DNA of 49,590 nucleotides, taken from contig JAFAHQ010000367.1 of assembly GCA_019237135.1 (NCBI GenBank), forward strand, positions 1-49,590, read 5' to 3'. Origin of the DNA: Alphaproteobacteria bacterium (lineage in GTDB: Bacteria > Pseudomonadota > Alphaproteobacteria > ATCC43930 > CGMCC-115725). A model generated the notes under the pieces. The model had not been told where the DNA came from and did no database searches. It saw only the letters and a program-made list of their open reading frames with translations. The translations under genes were made by a program, and so were the position numbers. Below, one piece after another: positions 29,167-39,209 of the stretch (position 1 is its first letter; each line of letters opens with the position of its first letter).

Positions 29167-29622
29167 ATGCTGCGTCAAGCCTTCACCGACCGGCTCAATC
29201 AGGCGATGAAGGCGCGAGAGATGCGCACGGTCTCAACCATTCGCCTGATATTGGCTGGCCTCAAGGATCGCGACATCGCCGCTCGAGGCCGCGCCAACGC
29301 CGAGGGTCTCTCCGATGCCGAGATCCGGCGGATGCTGCAGGCGATGACCAAGCAACGCCGCCAATCGATTGCGCTTTTCGAGCAAGGCAAACGTAACGAT
29401 CTGGCTCAGCGGGAGTCCGAGGAGATCGCGGTGATCGAGAGCTTTCTCCCTCATCAGCTCGATCAGGCCGATATTGAGGCGGCGGTAATAGCCGTGATCA
29501 GAGACATCGGGGCAGTCGGCATGAAAGACATGGGCCGGGTCATGGGGGCACTGCGCGAACGCCACGAGAGCGTCATCGATTTCGCCCGGGCCGGGGCAAT
29601 CGCAAAGCGACTCTTGAGTTAG
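29167..29622 (+). CDS. GatB/YqeY domain protein
   Basis: MLRQAFTDRLNQAMKAREMRTVSTIRLILAGLKDRDI...ESFLP match this family. Confidence 0.85.
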   Translation: MLRQAFTDRLNQAMKAREMRTVSTIRLILAGLKDRDIAARGRANAEGLSDAEIRRMLQAMTKQRRQSIALFEQGKRNDLAQRESEEIAVIESFLPHQLDQADIEAAVIAVIRDIGAVGMKDMGRVMGALRERHESVIDFARAGAIAKRLLS

Positions 29623-29641
29623 CTTTCGGCATAGTAGCGGG

Positions 29642-31450
29642 ATGGCCTTTCCGCCAGGCTTTCTCGACGAGCTGCGCAGCCGGATTTCGCTTTCCGGCTT
29701 GATCGGACGCAGCGTGAAGCTGGTCCGGCGTAGCCGCGAATATGCCGGGCTGTGCCCCTTCCATCACGAAAAGACGCCCTCCTTCTACGTTGTCGAAGAC
29801 AAAGCTTTTTTTCACTGCTTTGGCTGTGGCGCGCATGGCGATGCGATCGGGTTCGTGATGCGCCACGACAACCTCGACTTCATCGAGGCGATCGAGAAGC
29901 TGGCGGGCGAGGCCGGGCTCGCCGTCCCGCGGCCGACTCCGCAAGAACGCGAGCGCGCCCAACAGCAAAAAACCTTGCTCGGGGCGTTGGAGGCTGCTGC
30001 CGCCTTTTACGAAGCTCGTCTGGGGTCGCCCGCGGGCGCTCGTGCGCGAAGTTATCTCGATGAACGTGGTCTCGATACCGAGACGATCCGGCGCTTTCGC
30101 CTGGGTTGGGCGCCGGACGACCGACAGGCGCTCCGCCGCAGCCTTTCAGGCGATTTTCCCGAATCGCTGCTGATCGAGGCTGGGCTCCTGCGTCGACCCT
30201 CGAGCGTCGCCGCGGGCGAGCCGATCGACTATTTCCGCAGCAGAATAATGTTTCCGATCGGCGATAAGACCGGCCGGGTGATCGCCTTTGGCGGCCGCAT
30301 GATCGGTGATGGACAACCCAAATATCTAAATTCACCTGAATCCGCGGTCTTCGAGAAAGGGCACGTGCTGTACGGCTGGGCGGCGGCGCGGGCAGGCCTC
30401 TCGCGCGAGGCGCCATCGGCTGGGCCTGGGCTCATAGTCGCCGAAGGCTACATGGATGTGATCGCTTTACATCGCGCGGGTTACCGGACCGCGGTGGCGC
30501 CGCTCGGGACGGCATTGACGGATTTCCAGCTGCATGATCTTTGGCGCTTGGGGCCCGAACCGATCCTGTGCTTTGATGGCGACGAGCCGGGACAGCAAGC
30601 TGCCGCCCGGGTGCTGCGCCGGGCGCTGCCGTTGCTGCGCCCCGGATGTAGCCTGCGCTTCGCGACCCTGCCGTCTGGCGAAGATCCCGATTCAATCATT
30701 CGAACATCGGGGCGGGCCGGTCTCGACCAAATTCTCGCAGCGGCACGGCCCTTGGCGGACATGCTTTGGGAATCTGAGGTGCGCGGAACACCGCGTGATA
30801 CGCCGGAGCGGCTAGCCGGGATCCAAAACCGTCTGCTCGAGCACGTGCGGGCTATATCAGACCCGATGGTTCGCTCCGAGTTCACCATACTGTTCAGACA
30901 ACGCTGCGATCCTTGGCAGGCGCGACGCAAAAGCCTGCGCAAATCGCCCTCGAGCACGGCTGTCCACGACGGCCCGCCGCCGCCGCCGCGTCAGCCGCAG
31001 CACCTGCAGCGCGAGATATTGTTCCGCATTCTCCTTCATTTCCCCGGCTTGATTGTCGAGGTCGCCGAGGAGTTCGCCTCTCTCGACCTCCCCGAGGCCG
31101 ATTTCGTCCAGCTTCGGCATGAGATTTTAGCGCTCCAAGCCTTGCGCCCGGGGCTTGACGCTGGAACACTGCAACAACACCTTGTGCAAAGCGGGTTTGC
31201 GGCGACCGTGGACGCGCTTCTATCGCCTTCTGTCGATACTGGCTTTGTGGTCCGATGCCCCGATCCGGCTTCCGCGCGCAAGGAATGGACGCATGTGATC
31301 AGAATGCTGGGAGGCAGGGAGCGGTCGGTCATGGCTGAGGCCGGCAACGTCCTCGAAAGTGAGGTGTCGGCCGAGAAGTGGGAGCGGTTTCAAGCCGCCA
31401 GGGAGCAGGCGTTGAAGCAAGGTCTGATCGCCAGTGAAGACCATATTTGA
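29642..31450 (+). CDS. dnaG: DNA primase
   Basis: Zinc ribbon [13 protein letters not shown]...[11 protein letters not shown] and TOPRIM ([23 protein letters not shown]). Confidence 0.93.
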   Translation: MAFPPGFLDELRSRISLSGLIGRSVKLVRRSREYAGLCPFHHEKTPSFYVVEDKAFFHCFGCGAHGDAIGFVMRHDNLDFIEAIEKLAGEAGLAVPRPTPQERERAQQQKTLLGALEAAAAFYEARLGSPAGARARSYLDERGLDTETIRRFRLGWAPDDRQALRRSLSGDFPESLLIEAGLLRRPSSVAAGEPIDYFRSRIMFPIGDKTGRVIAFGGRMIGDGQPKYLNSPESAVFEKGHVLYGWAAARAGLSREAPSAGPGLIVAEGYMDVIALHRAGYRTAVAPLGTALTDFQLHDLWRLGPEPILCFDGDEPGQQAAARVLRRALPLLRPGCSLRFATLPSGEDPDSIIRTSGRAGLDQILAAARPLADMLWESEVRGTPRDTPERLAGIQNRLLEHVRAISDPMVRSEFTILFRQRCDPWQARRKSLRKSPSSTAVHDGPPPPPRQPQHLQREILFRILLHFPGLIVEVAEEFASLDLPEADFVQLRHEILALQALRPGLDAGTLQQHLVQSGFAATVDALLSPSVDTGFVVRCPDPASARKEWTHVIRMLGGRERSVMAEAGNVLESEVSAEKWERFQAAREQALKQGLIASEDHI

Positions 31451-31551
31451 CCCGCCCGGACCGACCAACGTCGAGAGAATCACGGCGAAGGATTGTCTTG
31501 TCACGTCCGGTCGCGGCCGGACGGAACGCGCGCTTATTTAGGGATGGTGGA

Positions 31552-33537
31552 ATGGCGAGCAAAGCGGCGAACACGGCTGAAGCAACCGAAACGCGCGAGG
31601 AGGCAGCGGATGCTCCGCTACTCGACACTCTTGCCGCTGCAATCAAGAAGATTCTGGCCCGCGGCAAGGAGCGTGGATATTTGACCTATGATGAGTTAAA
31701 CGCCGCGCTGCCGCATGACCAGGTGTCCTCAGAGCAGATCGAGGACACGATGACGATGCTGTCGGAGCTCGGAGTCAATCTGATCGAGAGCGAAGAGAGC
31801 GAAGAGCCCGCGGCCGCCGAGGCCGACGAAGCCGACAGCGAGGTCCGTGGCAACCTCGATGATGATGATATCGGACGCACCGATGATCCCGTTCGTATGT
31901 ATCTGCGGGAGATGGGTTCGGTCGAGCTGCTATCCCGAGAAGGGGAGATTGCGATCGCCAAGCGGATCGAGGCCGGCCGGGAGATGATGATCGGCGGCAT
32001 CTGTGAGAATCCGCTGACAACCCGCGCGATCATCGGTTGGCGCGACGCTCTCAACGAAGGAAGGATGCTGCTACGCGACATAATTGATCTCGACGCGACA
32101 TATGGGAGCGGTGGGTTCGAGCAGGTGCCGGCGGAGGCGGTTGTCATCGCGCCATCCGAGGCTGCTCCTGAGCCGAACGGCGAAGCCGGGAACGGCGAAG
32201 AACCGCTGGCCGAACTTGTGGGGCTCGAGAGTGAGCTCGCCGTTGAGGAGGCTGAGGGCGAGGAAAGTTCAGTCTCTCTTGCCGCGATGGAAGCGCAGCT
32301 GAAGCCGAGCGCGCTCGCGACTTTCGACGCGATCGCGGACACCTACAAGAAGCTGCGTAAGCTCCAGGACCAGCGGATCAACGCCTTGCAGAAAGGCGAA
32401 ATGCTGCCGCGGGCGACCGAACGCCGCTACGAGAAACTCAAGGCGGCTATTATCGATGATGTCAAGCGGGTGCGCTTAAACAACACGCGCATCGAGGACC
32501 TCGTCGAGCAGCTCTACGATGTCAATCGCCGGCTCGTCGCTGATGAAGGAAGACTGCTTAGGCTGGCTGAGAGTGTTGGGATCAAACGCCCGGAATTTCT
32601 GCAGCACTATATCGGCAACGAGCTTGGCGCCAATTGGCTCGATCGCGTCGGAACTGTGTGCGGTCGCGGATGGGCAAAATTGGTGGAAAAGCACTGTGCC
32701 GACGTGGAAAAGCTGCGCGCTGCTGTTGCGCAGATTGCCGCCGAGGCGAAGCTACCGATCGCGGAGTTTCGCCGGGTCGTGCAAACCGTCCAACGCGGCG
32801 AGCGCGAGTCAAGTCGAGCAAAGAAAGAAATGGTTGAGGCCAATCTGCGCCTTGTGATCTCGATCGCCAAGAAATACACCAACCGCGGCTTGCAGTTCTT
32901 GGACTTGATTCAAGAGGGCAATATCGGCTTGATGAAGGCGGTTGATAAATTCGAATACCGCCGCGGCTATAAATTCTCGACCTATGCCACCTGGTGGATC
33001 CGTCAGGCGATCACCCGCTCGATCGCCGATCAGGCGCGCACAATCCGTATCCCCGTGCATATGATCGAGACGATCAACAAGCTAGTGCGCACCTCACGGC
33101 AGATGCTGCACGAGATCGGCCGCGAACCGACCCCGGAGGAGCTTGCCGAAAAACTTGCGATGCCGCTAGAGAAGGTTCGCAAGGTGTTAAAGATAGCCAA
33201 GGAGCCAATCAGCCTCGAGACGCCAATCGGCGACGAGGAGGATTCGCATCTCGGCGACTTCATCGAAGACAAGAACGCGGTGTTGCCGCTCGATGCGGCG
33301 ATCCAGGCTAATCTGCGCGAGACGACGACGCGCGTCTTGGCTTCGTTGACAGCGCGCGAGGAGCGCGTCTTGCGCATGCGCTTCGGCATCGGCATGAATA
33401 CCGACCACACGCTCGAGGAGGTCGGCCAGCAATTCTCGGTGACCCGTGAGCGCATCCGACAGATCGAGGCAAAGGCGTTGAGGAAGCTAAAGCACCCCAG
33501 TCGCTCGCGCAAATTGCGCAGCTTCCTCGACACCTGA
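31552..33537 (+). CDS. rpoD: Primary sigma factor RpoD (sigma-70)
   Basis: ORF 31447..33537. Preferred ATG is at 31552 ([10 protein letters not shown]), preceded by ggtgg. Acidic region 1, [27 protein letters not shown], and the region 4 motif [26 protein letters not shown]. Confidence 0.95.
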   Translation: MASKAANTAEATETREEAADAPLLDTLAAAIKKILARGKERGYLTYDELNAALPHDQVSSEQIEDTMTMLSELGVNLIESEESEEPAAAEADEADSEVRGNLDDDDIGRTDDPVRMYLREMGSVELLSREGEIAIAKRIEAGREMMIGGICENPLTTRAIIGWRDALNEGRMLLRDIIDLDATYGSGGFEQVPAEAVVIAPSEAAPEPNGEAGNGEEPLAELVGLESELAVEEAEGEESSVSLAAMEAQLKPSALATFDAIADTYKKLRKLQDQRINALQKGEMLPRATERRYEKLKAAIIDDVKRVRLNNTRIEDLVEQLYDVNRRLVADEGRLLRLAESVGIKRPEFLQHYIGNELGANWLDRVGTVCGRGWAKLVEKHCADVEKLRAAVAQIAAEAKLPIAEFRRVVQTVQRGERESSRAKKEMVEANLRLVISIAKKYTNRGLQFLDLIQEGNIGLMKAVDKFEYRRGYKFSTYATWWIRQAITRSIADQARTIRIPVHMIETINKLVRTSRQMLHEIGREPTPEELAEKLAMPLEKVRKVLKIAKEPISLETPIGDEEDSHLGDFIEDKNAVLPLDAAIQANLRETTTRVLASLTAREERVLRMRFGIGMNTDHTLEEVGQQFSVTRERIRQIEAKALRKLKHPSRSRKLRSFLDT

Positions 33538-33560
33538 GCTCGCCGGCCGGGTGGTCCCGA

Positions 33561-33637
33561 GGGCCCGTAGTTCAGCTGGTTAGAACACGCCGCTCATAAC
33601 GGTGTAGTCGCAGGTTCGAATCCTGCCGGGCCTACCA
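33561..33637 (+). tRNA. tRNA with CAT anticodon (elongator Met or lysidine-type Ile2; not initiator), CCA encoded
   Basis: Hand-folded cloverleaf: acceptor GGGCCCG/CGGGCCT (G1-U72 wobble), D arm GTTC-AGCTGGTTA-GAAC, anticodon arm CGCCG-CTCATAA-CGGTG, T arm GCAGG-TTCGAAT-CCTGC, then A-CCA. It lacks the initiator features (1:72 mismatch, three G-C pairs in the anticodon stem). Confidence 0.9.
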
Positions 33638-36600
33638 TTACGACACCTGCGCGATCTCGCGCACCCGCGTCGAGCGCGCGGCGGCGAGGTGGTCTTTTGC
33701 CAGCACGGTATAGACCGCGGGCAGTACGAACAAAGTAAACAGAGTGCCGACCGACATGCCGGCGACGACGACGACACCGATCGAGAAGCGGCTCGCGGCA
33801 CCGGCGCCGGTCGCGATCAACAACGGTACGAGCCCCACAACCATCGCCGCCGTCGTCATCAGAATCGGGCGCAGGCGGACCCGAGCGGCCTGCTCGATCG
33901 CGCGCCTCCGGTCGAGGCTCTCGCGAACCTGCAGCACATTGGCGAACTCGACCATTAAAATGCCGTGCTTGCTGATCAGTCCGATCAAAGTGACGAGCCC
34001 GACCTGAGTGTAGATGTTCATCGTCGCCAAGCCGAAGAACAGCGGCATCAGCGCCCCGCAGATCGACATCGGCACACTGACGAGAATCACTAATGGGTCG
34101 CGCAGGCTCTCGAACTGCGCCGCCAGCACCAGAAAGATCACAATCAGAGCAAAAACGAAGGTAATCGTCAGCTGATTGCCCTCGCGCACGTATTGGCGCG
34201 TATCGGAAAGAAAGTCGTGACTAAAGCCGGCGGGCAGGTCCTTAGTTTGCTGCTCGAGAAAATCGACCGCCTGGCCCATCGTCACCCCAGGCATCGGCAC
34301 GGCCTGGAAGGTGGCAGAGTTCAGCTGGTTGTATTGGGTCAGCGCGTTGGGCTGGGTGCTGGTCGTCAATGCGACGAGATTGGACAGCGGCACCGGCTGA
34401 CCTGCCGCCGAAGTCACGTAATAGTGCGTCAACGTCTCGGGTGTCAGCCGGTCCGCGCGCGGCACCTGTGGGATCACCTCATAGGACCGGCCACCAAGAT
34501 TGAAGCGATTGATGTAGTTCTCGCCGACCAGCACCGCCAATGTGTTGCCGATCGATTGCATCGTGACGCCGAGCTGGTTCGCCTTCGAGCGATCGATCTT
34601 GACTCCGATCATCGGCTGATTGAAGTCGAGATCGCTGTCGATGACCATGAACAGGCCGCTCTTGCGCGCTGCAGCCTTGATCTTGGCCATGGCCTGGTAG
34701 ATCTCTTGAAATCCGCCAGTGGTGTAGAGCACCATCTGCACTGGCAAGCCGCCGATCGTCGCCGGCAGCGGCGGCAGTGAAAAGACAAACGCGCTCTCCC
34801 CTTCGACTTCCGCTACCTTCCTTTGCATTAGAGGTTTCAACTGCTGCGCGGAACGACTGCGCTCGCCCCACGGCTTTAGGATCGCGCCGGCGATGCCCTG
34901 GTTCGGACCGAACCGGCCGTTGACGACAAAACGCAGATCGGTCTCCGGGAAAGATGCGAAGGCTTTGTCGAGCTTGTCGCCATAGGCGTCCGCATAATCG
35001 AGATTGGCGTATTGCGGCGCCTTGGTCAGCGAGAAGAGGACACCCTGATCCTCCTCCGGCGCGAGCTCGGCTTTGGTATTCATGTACATGAAAGCGAGGC
35101 TGGCAAAGACCGCAGCGGCAAAAAGCGCGGTCACCGGACGGTAGTCGAGCGAGCGCTCCAGTTTACGCCCGTACCATTCGGCAAGGCGCGAAAAACCCCG
35201 GTCGATCACCCGGGCGAAGCGCCCTTGGGACATCTCTTGTGTCAACAGCACGGAGCACATCATCGGCGACAACGTCACCGCGACGATGCCCGAGATAATG
35301 ACCGCGCCGGCCAAGGTAAAAGCGAATTCGCGGAACAGCGCGCCGGTCACCCCGCCAAGAAACCCGATTGGAGCATAGACCGCGGCAAGCGTGAGGGTCA
35401 TCGAAATGACGGGGCTCGCGATCTCCCGGGCTCCGATCAAGGCCGCCTGCGCCGGGGTGCGGCCCTGCTCTATGTGGCGATAGACATTCTCCAGCACGAC
35501 AATGGCGTCGTCGACGACGAGCCCGATCGCCAGCACCATCGCCAGTAGGGTCAGCAGATTCACGCTAAAGCCGAGTGCCGCCATGATCGTCCCGGCGCCG
35601 ATCAGTGACAGCGGGATCGTCACGATCGGGATCAACACCGATCGGAAGCTGCCGAGAAACAGAAAGATGACGACTATCACGATGGCAACGGCCTGGGCCA
35701 AGGTCGACTTGACCTCGTTGATCGAGGCCTGGATAAACTTGGTCGAATCGTAAGCGACCTCCATCTTGACCGAAGGTGGCAGGTTGCGCTGGATCTCGGG
35801 CAGCAATGCGCGAACGCCGGCGACCAGCGACAGAGGATTGCCGGTCGGGGTCGCCTGCACGCCGATGAATACGGCGTGTTGCCCGTTCATCGCGACGCTC
35901 GAGGTCCAGCTTTGGGCGGCGAGATCGACGCTGGCGATGTCCTCCATTCGCACCAGAGCGCCGTCCTTTGACTTCACCACCATTTTTTTGAACTGCGCGA
36001 CATCGGCGAGCCCTGTGTCGACGTCGACGTTGGCGACAGTGAAAAAGCCCTTCGCCTGGCCCGGTGCAGACTGATAGTTGTTGGCGCGGATCGCTGCGGC
36101 GATGTCGTCGGCGGAAATTCCGTGCGCCGCCATTCGCGCGGGGTCGAGCCAGAGCCGCATGGCGAAGGTTTGACCGCCGAGGATGTCGGCCGAGGCGACC
36201 CCGTCAACAGTGGCGAGCAGCGGCTGCACGACCCGGGTCAAATAGTCCGAAATCGCCGCACTCGAGAGTTCCGAGCTGGCAAAGCCGATATACATGACCG
36301 CGGTCGTTTGGCCGGTTGCCTTGGTGATAATCGGGTCCTGTGCATCCTTGGGGAGCTGGTACTTGACCTGCTGGACCTTGGCCATGACATCGGTCAATGC
36401 CTGACTAGGGTCGTAGTTGAGCCGGATATAGGCAGTGACTGTGCTCGTCCCCTGTACCGAGGTAGCGGTCAGATAGTCGATGCCTTCGGCTGTCGCCACG
36501 GCCTGTGATATCGGCGTCGTCATAAAGCCCTGAATGACGTCGGGCGCGGCGCCGGGGTAGATTGTCGTAACCGTGATCGTCGTATTCGACAATTTGGGGT

Positions 36601-36709
36601 ATTGCCGGATCGGCAGCGAGGTCATCGCCCTGAGCCCGATCAGCAGGATCAGCAGGCTTACCACCAGGGAGAGCACAGGCCGGCGGATAAAGATGTCGGT
36701 GAAGGACAT
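33638..36709 (-). CDS. RND-family efflux transporter permease (AcrB/MdtB-like)
   Basis: 1023 aa starting MSFTDIFIRRPVLSLVVSLLILLIGL, with AIGLVVDDAIVVLENV and 12-TM architecture. The stop codon (33638-40) directly abuts the tRNA CCA end. Confidence 0.93.
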   Translation of the reverse strand: MSFTDIFIRRPVLSLVVSLLILLIGLRAMTSLPIRQYPKLSNTTITVTTIYPGAAPDVIQGFMTTPISQAVATAEGIDYLTATSVQGTSTVTAYIRLNYDPSQALTDVMAKVQQVKYQLPKDAQDPIITKATGQTTAVMYIGFASSELSSAAISDYLTRVVQPLLATVDGVASADILGGQTFAMRLWLDPARMAAHGISADDIAAAIRANNYQSAPGQAKGFFTVANVDVDTGLADVAQFKKMVVKSKDGALVRMEDIASVDLAAQSWTSSVAMNGQHAVFIGVQATPTGNPLSLVAGVRALLPEIQRNLPPSVKMEVAYDSTKFIQASINEVKSTLAQAVAIVIVVIFLFLGSFRSVLIPIVTIPLSLIGAGTIMAALGFSVNLLTLLAMVLAIGLVVDDAIVVLENVYRHIEQGRTPAQAALIGAREIASPVISMTLTLAAVYAPIGFLGGVTGALFREFAFTLAGAVIISGIVAVTLSPMMCSVLLTQEMSQGRFARVIDRGFSRLAEWYGRKLERSLDYRPVTALFAAAVFASLAFMYMNTKAELAPEEDQGVLFSLTKAPQYANLDYADAYGDKLDKAFASFPETDLRFVVNGRFGPNQGIAGAILKPWGERSRSAQQLKPLMQRKVAEVEGESAFVFSLPPLPATIGGLPVQMVLYTTGGFQEIYQAMAKIKAAARKSGLFMVIDSDLDFNQPMIGVKIDRSKANQLGVTMQSIGNTLAVLVGENYINRFNLGGRSYEVIPQVPRADRLTPETLTHYYVTSAAGQPVPLSNLVALTTSTQPNALTQYNQLNSATFQAVPMPGVTMGQAVDFLEQQTKDLPAGFSHDFLSDTRQYVREGNQLTITFVFALIVIFLVLAAQFESLRDPLVILVSVPMSICGALMPLFFGLATMNIYTQVGLVTLIGLISKHGILMVEFANVLQVRESLDRRRAIEQAARVRLRPILMTTAAMVVGLVPLLIATGAGAASRFSIGVVVVAGMSVGTLFTLFVLPAVYTVLAKDHLAAARSTRVREIAQVS

Positions 36710-36754
36710 GCTCAGAGCCCGTTTATCGAACGTCTAGGCGTTTCGGCCGAACAC

Positions 36755-36824
36755 GCCCCTCACCCCGGCCCTCTCCCCGCGAGCGGGGAGAGGGAGGGAC
36801 CCGCGCAGCGGGAGGATGAGGGGC
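36755..36824. repeat. REP-like nested palindromic element between the MFP and RND genes
   Basis: Outer arms gcccctca (36755-62) and tgaggggc (36817-24). Inner 12-bp stem ccctctccccgc (36769-80) and gcggggagaggg (36783-94). A second inner stem is cccgc-gca-gcggg (36800-12). Confidence 0.6.
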
Positions 36825-36874
36825 GGTAGGCGAAGGTAGGCTGGTGTTTTTGCCGTCCAACGTTCGTCAGACCT

Positions 36875-38104
36875 TTAGTTTGGCGTCGGATGGGCCGGTG
36901 GCTGGGGCGCGGGGGAGCCGGTGACGGCGACCTGGACGCCGTCCTGGAGCTTGATCTGGCCCGCGGCCGCGACGCGCAGCCCCGGCTTCAGCCCATTGAG
37001 GATCGCTACCTTGCCGTCCCATCGCGCGCCGGTCTTGACCGGAGTCCGGACCGCTTTGAGGATCGGATTGCCCTTGGCGTCCTTACCGTCTTCTTGAATC
37101 ACATAGACGCTGTCGCCATAGAGCGTGTAGTCGACCGCGGTCTCGGGGAGAACCACCATATCGGGCTGCGGCGGCAACACGACCGCGGCGTTGACGAACA
37201 TGCCGGGCAGCAAGGAGTTGTCTGGATTTCGCATCGTCGCCTGGACCGTCATCGTCCGCGTATCGGCGCTGACCTGCGGCTCGATCGTCGTGATTTCAGC
37301 CGTGTAAACTCGGCCGGGAAAGGCGTCTGCGGTGACATTGACCTGCTGGCCGACCGAGATTTGCGCCCGGATCTGCGACGGCAGGGTGAAATTCACATAG
37401 AGCATCGACAGATCGGTCAGAGTAACGATCCGCGCGCCGGGCGTCAGGTATTGCCCGACCTCGATCTGGCGCGTGCCGAGCTGACCGGAGAACGGAGCGC
37501 GGATCAGCTTTTGCTCGATCAACGCTTCGGTCTTGATGATTTGGGCCCGAGCCTGGTCGAGCTGGCTCTGTTTCTGATCGACGGTTTCCCGCGCTTCGTA
37601 TTGGTGCTTGGCAAGCTCGCTGGAGCGCTGAAGCGTAGTTTCCGCCCAGTGCGCCTGCGCCTGGTAATTGGCGAGGTCACCGCGATCGGGTGCGTCGTTG
37701 AGCTGGACGAGCGGGTCGCCGGCCTTCACCGTGGCACCCGGCTCAAAGAAGATCTTTGTGACGCGTCCGCCCACCTCGGGGTTGATCGTCACCTGATGTA
37801 TGGCGGAGACCGAGCCGATGCCGGTGGCAAAGCGCGGCACCGTCTCGGTCTCGACCTCGACCGCGCTGATTTGCGCCGGGGGCGGTCTGTTATTGGCGAA
37901 AAAGGTCGCCATCGCCTGCTGGCGGAAACGGTTGAAACCGTAAAGTCCGCCGAGCACAAGCGTCAGCAAGAGCGCCATGATAAGGAACCAGCGGACCGTT
38001 TTCGGCCGCCGCGTCGTGGCGCGGCCGGCGTCTCTTCGCTCGCGCAGTGGCTGGTCCGGGTTCAGCGCTTCCGCAGGCATGCCAGCCGTCAATTCGCCAT
38101 CCAT
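36875..38104 (-). CDS. RND efflux periplasmic adaptor (membrane fusion protein)
   Basis: ORF 36875..38320. Preferred ATG is at 38104 (MDGELTAG), preceded by AGGAG. TM anchor WFLIMALLLTLVLGGLYGF, then coiled-coil and barrel-sandwich motifs (IRAPFSGQLG). Confidence 0.9.
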   Translation of the reverse strand: MDGELTAGMPAEALNPDQPLRERRDAGRATTRRPKTVRWFLIMALLLTLVLGGLYGFNRFRQQAMATFFANNRPPPAQISAVEVETETVPRFATGIGSVSAIHQVTINPEVGGRVTKIFFEPGATVKAGDPLVQLNDAPDRGDLANYQAQAHWAETTLQRSSELAKHQYEARETVDQKQSQLDQARAQIIKTEALIEQKLIRAPFSGQLGTRQIEVGQYLTPGARIVTLTDLSMLYVNFTLPSQIRAQISVGQQVNVTADAFPGRVYTAEITTIEPQVSADTRTMTVQATMRNPDNSLLPGMFVNAAVVLPPQPDMVVLPETAVDYTLYGDSVYVIQEDGKDAKGNPILKAVRTPVKTGARWDGKVAILNGLKPGLRVAAAGQIKLQDGVQVAVTGSPAPQPPAHPTPN

Positions 38105-38118
38105 AGGCGTTTCTCCTG

Positions 38119-38835
38119 CTAGGCGGGTGCGAGCTCGATCGGGCTGCGTGCGCAATCGGTGAGTGTCGCGGCGATCGCCGTGTCCCTCATCCCGATGCCG
38201 CGCAGAATGAACCGGCTCGCCTCTTCGACCAGCGCCGCCGGCGTTCCTTGATAGGGTACCGAGGCGCGGCCGGGCAGAAGCACAAACGCGACCATCGCAG
38301 CAACGTGCTGGCCAAACCAAAAACGGTTCGCGGAGGCGATCGATCCGGGTTTCAGGTCTCCCGCCGCCGTGGCCGCCTCGATCGAGGCGGCAAAAAGCGG
38401 GTGCACCCGATCGAAAATCCTGTCGAACAGCTCGCGGGCATACTCCCCGTCCTCGAGAAAGCTGTGCAGGACGAGGCGCAGCCGGGTGTCGAGCTCTGCC
38501 CGATCGACCCCGGCGCCGAGCAGAAAATAGCGGACCATGAAATGGATCATGTGAACGAGCGTTGCGGTCGAGGGCTCGAGTATCGCCAGTCGCTCGAGCG
38601 CCGGATCCCCTTCGCAGCCGAGACGCAGGATCTCTTCGTAAAGGTGTTTCTTGCTCGGGAAATGCCGGAACAGCAGGGCTTCAGAGATTCCCGCCGCCTC
38701 GGCGAGCTCCTTTGTCGTCGTGCCGGCGAAGCCCTTGCGGGCAAAGAGCGGGACCGCTGCCGCGACGATCGCCTTTCGCCTCTCGTCACCATCCAATCGG
38801 GTCACAGCCATGGCGCCCCGCAAGTAAGCACTCAC
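38119..38835 (-). CDS. TetR/AcrR-family transcriptional regulator
   Basis: HTH RKAIVAAAVPLFARKGFAGTTTKELAEAAGISEALLFRHFPSK. The start may be the ATG at 38811. Confidence 0.85.
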   Translation of the reverse strand: MSAYLRGAMAVTRLDGDERRKAIVAAAVPLFARKGFAGTTTKELAEAAGISEALLFRHFPSKKHLYEEILRLGCEGDPALERLAILEPSTATLVHMIHFMVRYFLLGAGVDRAELDTRLRLVLHSFLEDGEYARELFDRIFDRVHPLFAASIEAATAAGDLKPGSIASANRFWFGQHVAAMVAFVLLPGRASVPYQGTPAALVEEASRFILRGIGMRDTAIAATLTDCARSPIELAPA

Positions 38836-38874
38836 TCACCAAGTGTCAACCAGAGAGTTTGTGACGTCTATGAG

Positions 38875-38919
38875 CTACCGGCCCTGACTTCCCAGATATG
38901 ATAGCCGCCAAATCGTTCC
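38875..38919 (-). pseudogene. Orphaned alternative 3' end of the PQQ-type dehydrogenase gene (encodes GTIWRLSYLGSQGR*)
   Basis: Manual translation of the minus strand. Compare the live C-terminus GTIWRVSYRGP* at 41115..41150. Confidence 0.6.
38895..38919. repeat. Left 25-bp direct repeat (att-like)
   Basis: gatatgataGccgccaaatcgttcc against gatatgataCccgccaaatcgttcc at 41126..41150 (24/25 identical, checked base by base). Confidence 0.85.
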
Positions 38920-38939
38920 CCATACCCGCCCCCGGGCTG

Positions 38940-39209
38940 ATGACCTTCAGCAGGAGTTCACACGCGGCGAGAGATGCTCGCCCGACATTTGAATTTCCGC
39001 ATCGGATCATGGGCGGTATTCCGACGATCCGGGGCACCCGGATTACGGCACAATAAATCCTCGGCCGCCTCGAAAGCGGCGACAGCGTTGAGAGCGTGCT
39101 CGAGGATTATCCCTATCTCGATCGATGCGGTGGAAGCGGCCGCCCTCTATGCCAAGGCAAACCCGCCGCGGGGACGCCGGGCGGCAAGTTGTGGCGCCGC
39201 GCTTCCTGA
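38940..39209 (+). pseudogene. DUF433-family (antitoxin-like) gene disrupted by an in-frame TAA and a frameshift
   Basis: From ATG 38940: ...PHRIMGGIPTIRGTRITAQ then TAA at 39054-56, then ILGRLESGDSVESVLEDYPYL. The homologous continuation IDAVEAAALYAKANPP is in another frame from about 39120. Confidence 0.6.

Noticed and set aside
31447-31551. Upstream extension of rpoD ([15 protein letters not shown]...) overlapping the dnaG stop
   Set aside because: The Arg-rich extension is unlike RpoD N-termini. The Met at 31552 has a Shine-Dalgarno-like ggtgg and gives the expected acidic N-terminus.
36890-38122. 410-aa plus-strand ORF
   Set aside because: It is antisense to the RND adaptor gene. It has no motifs and a shadow-ORF composition. 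The same applies to 46542..47774(-), 26572..27729(-), 22670..23605(-), 7570..8556(+), 27739..28638(+) and 43220..44125(-).
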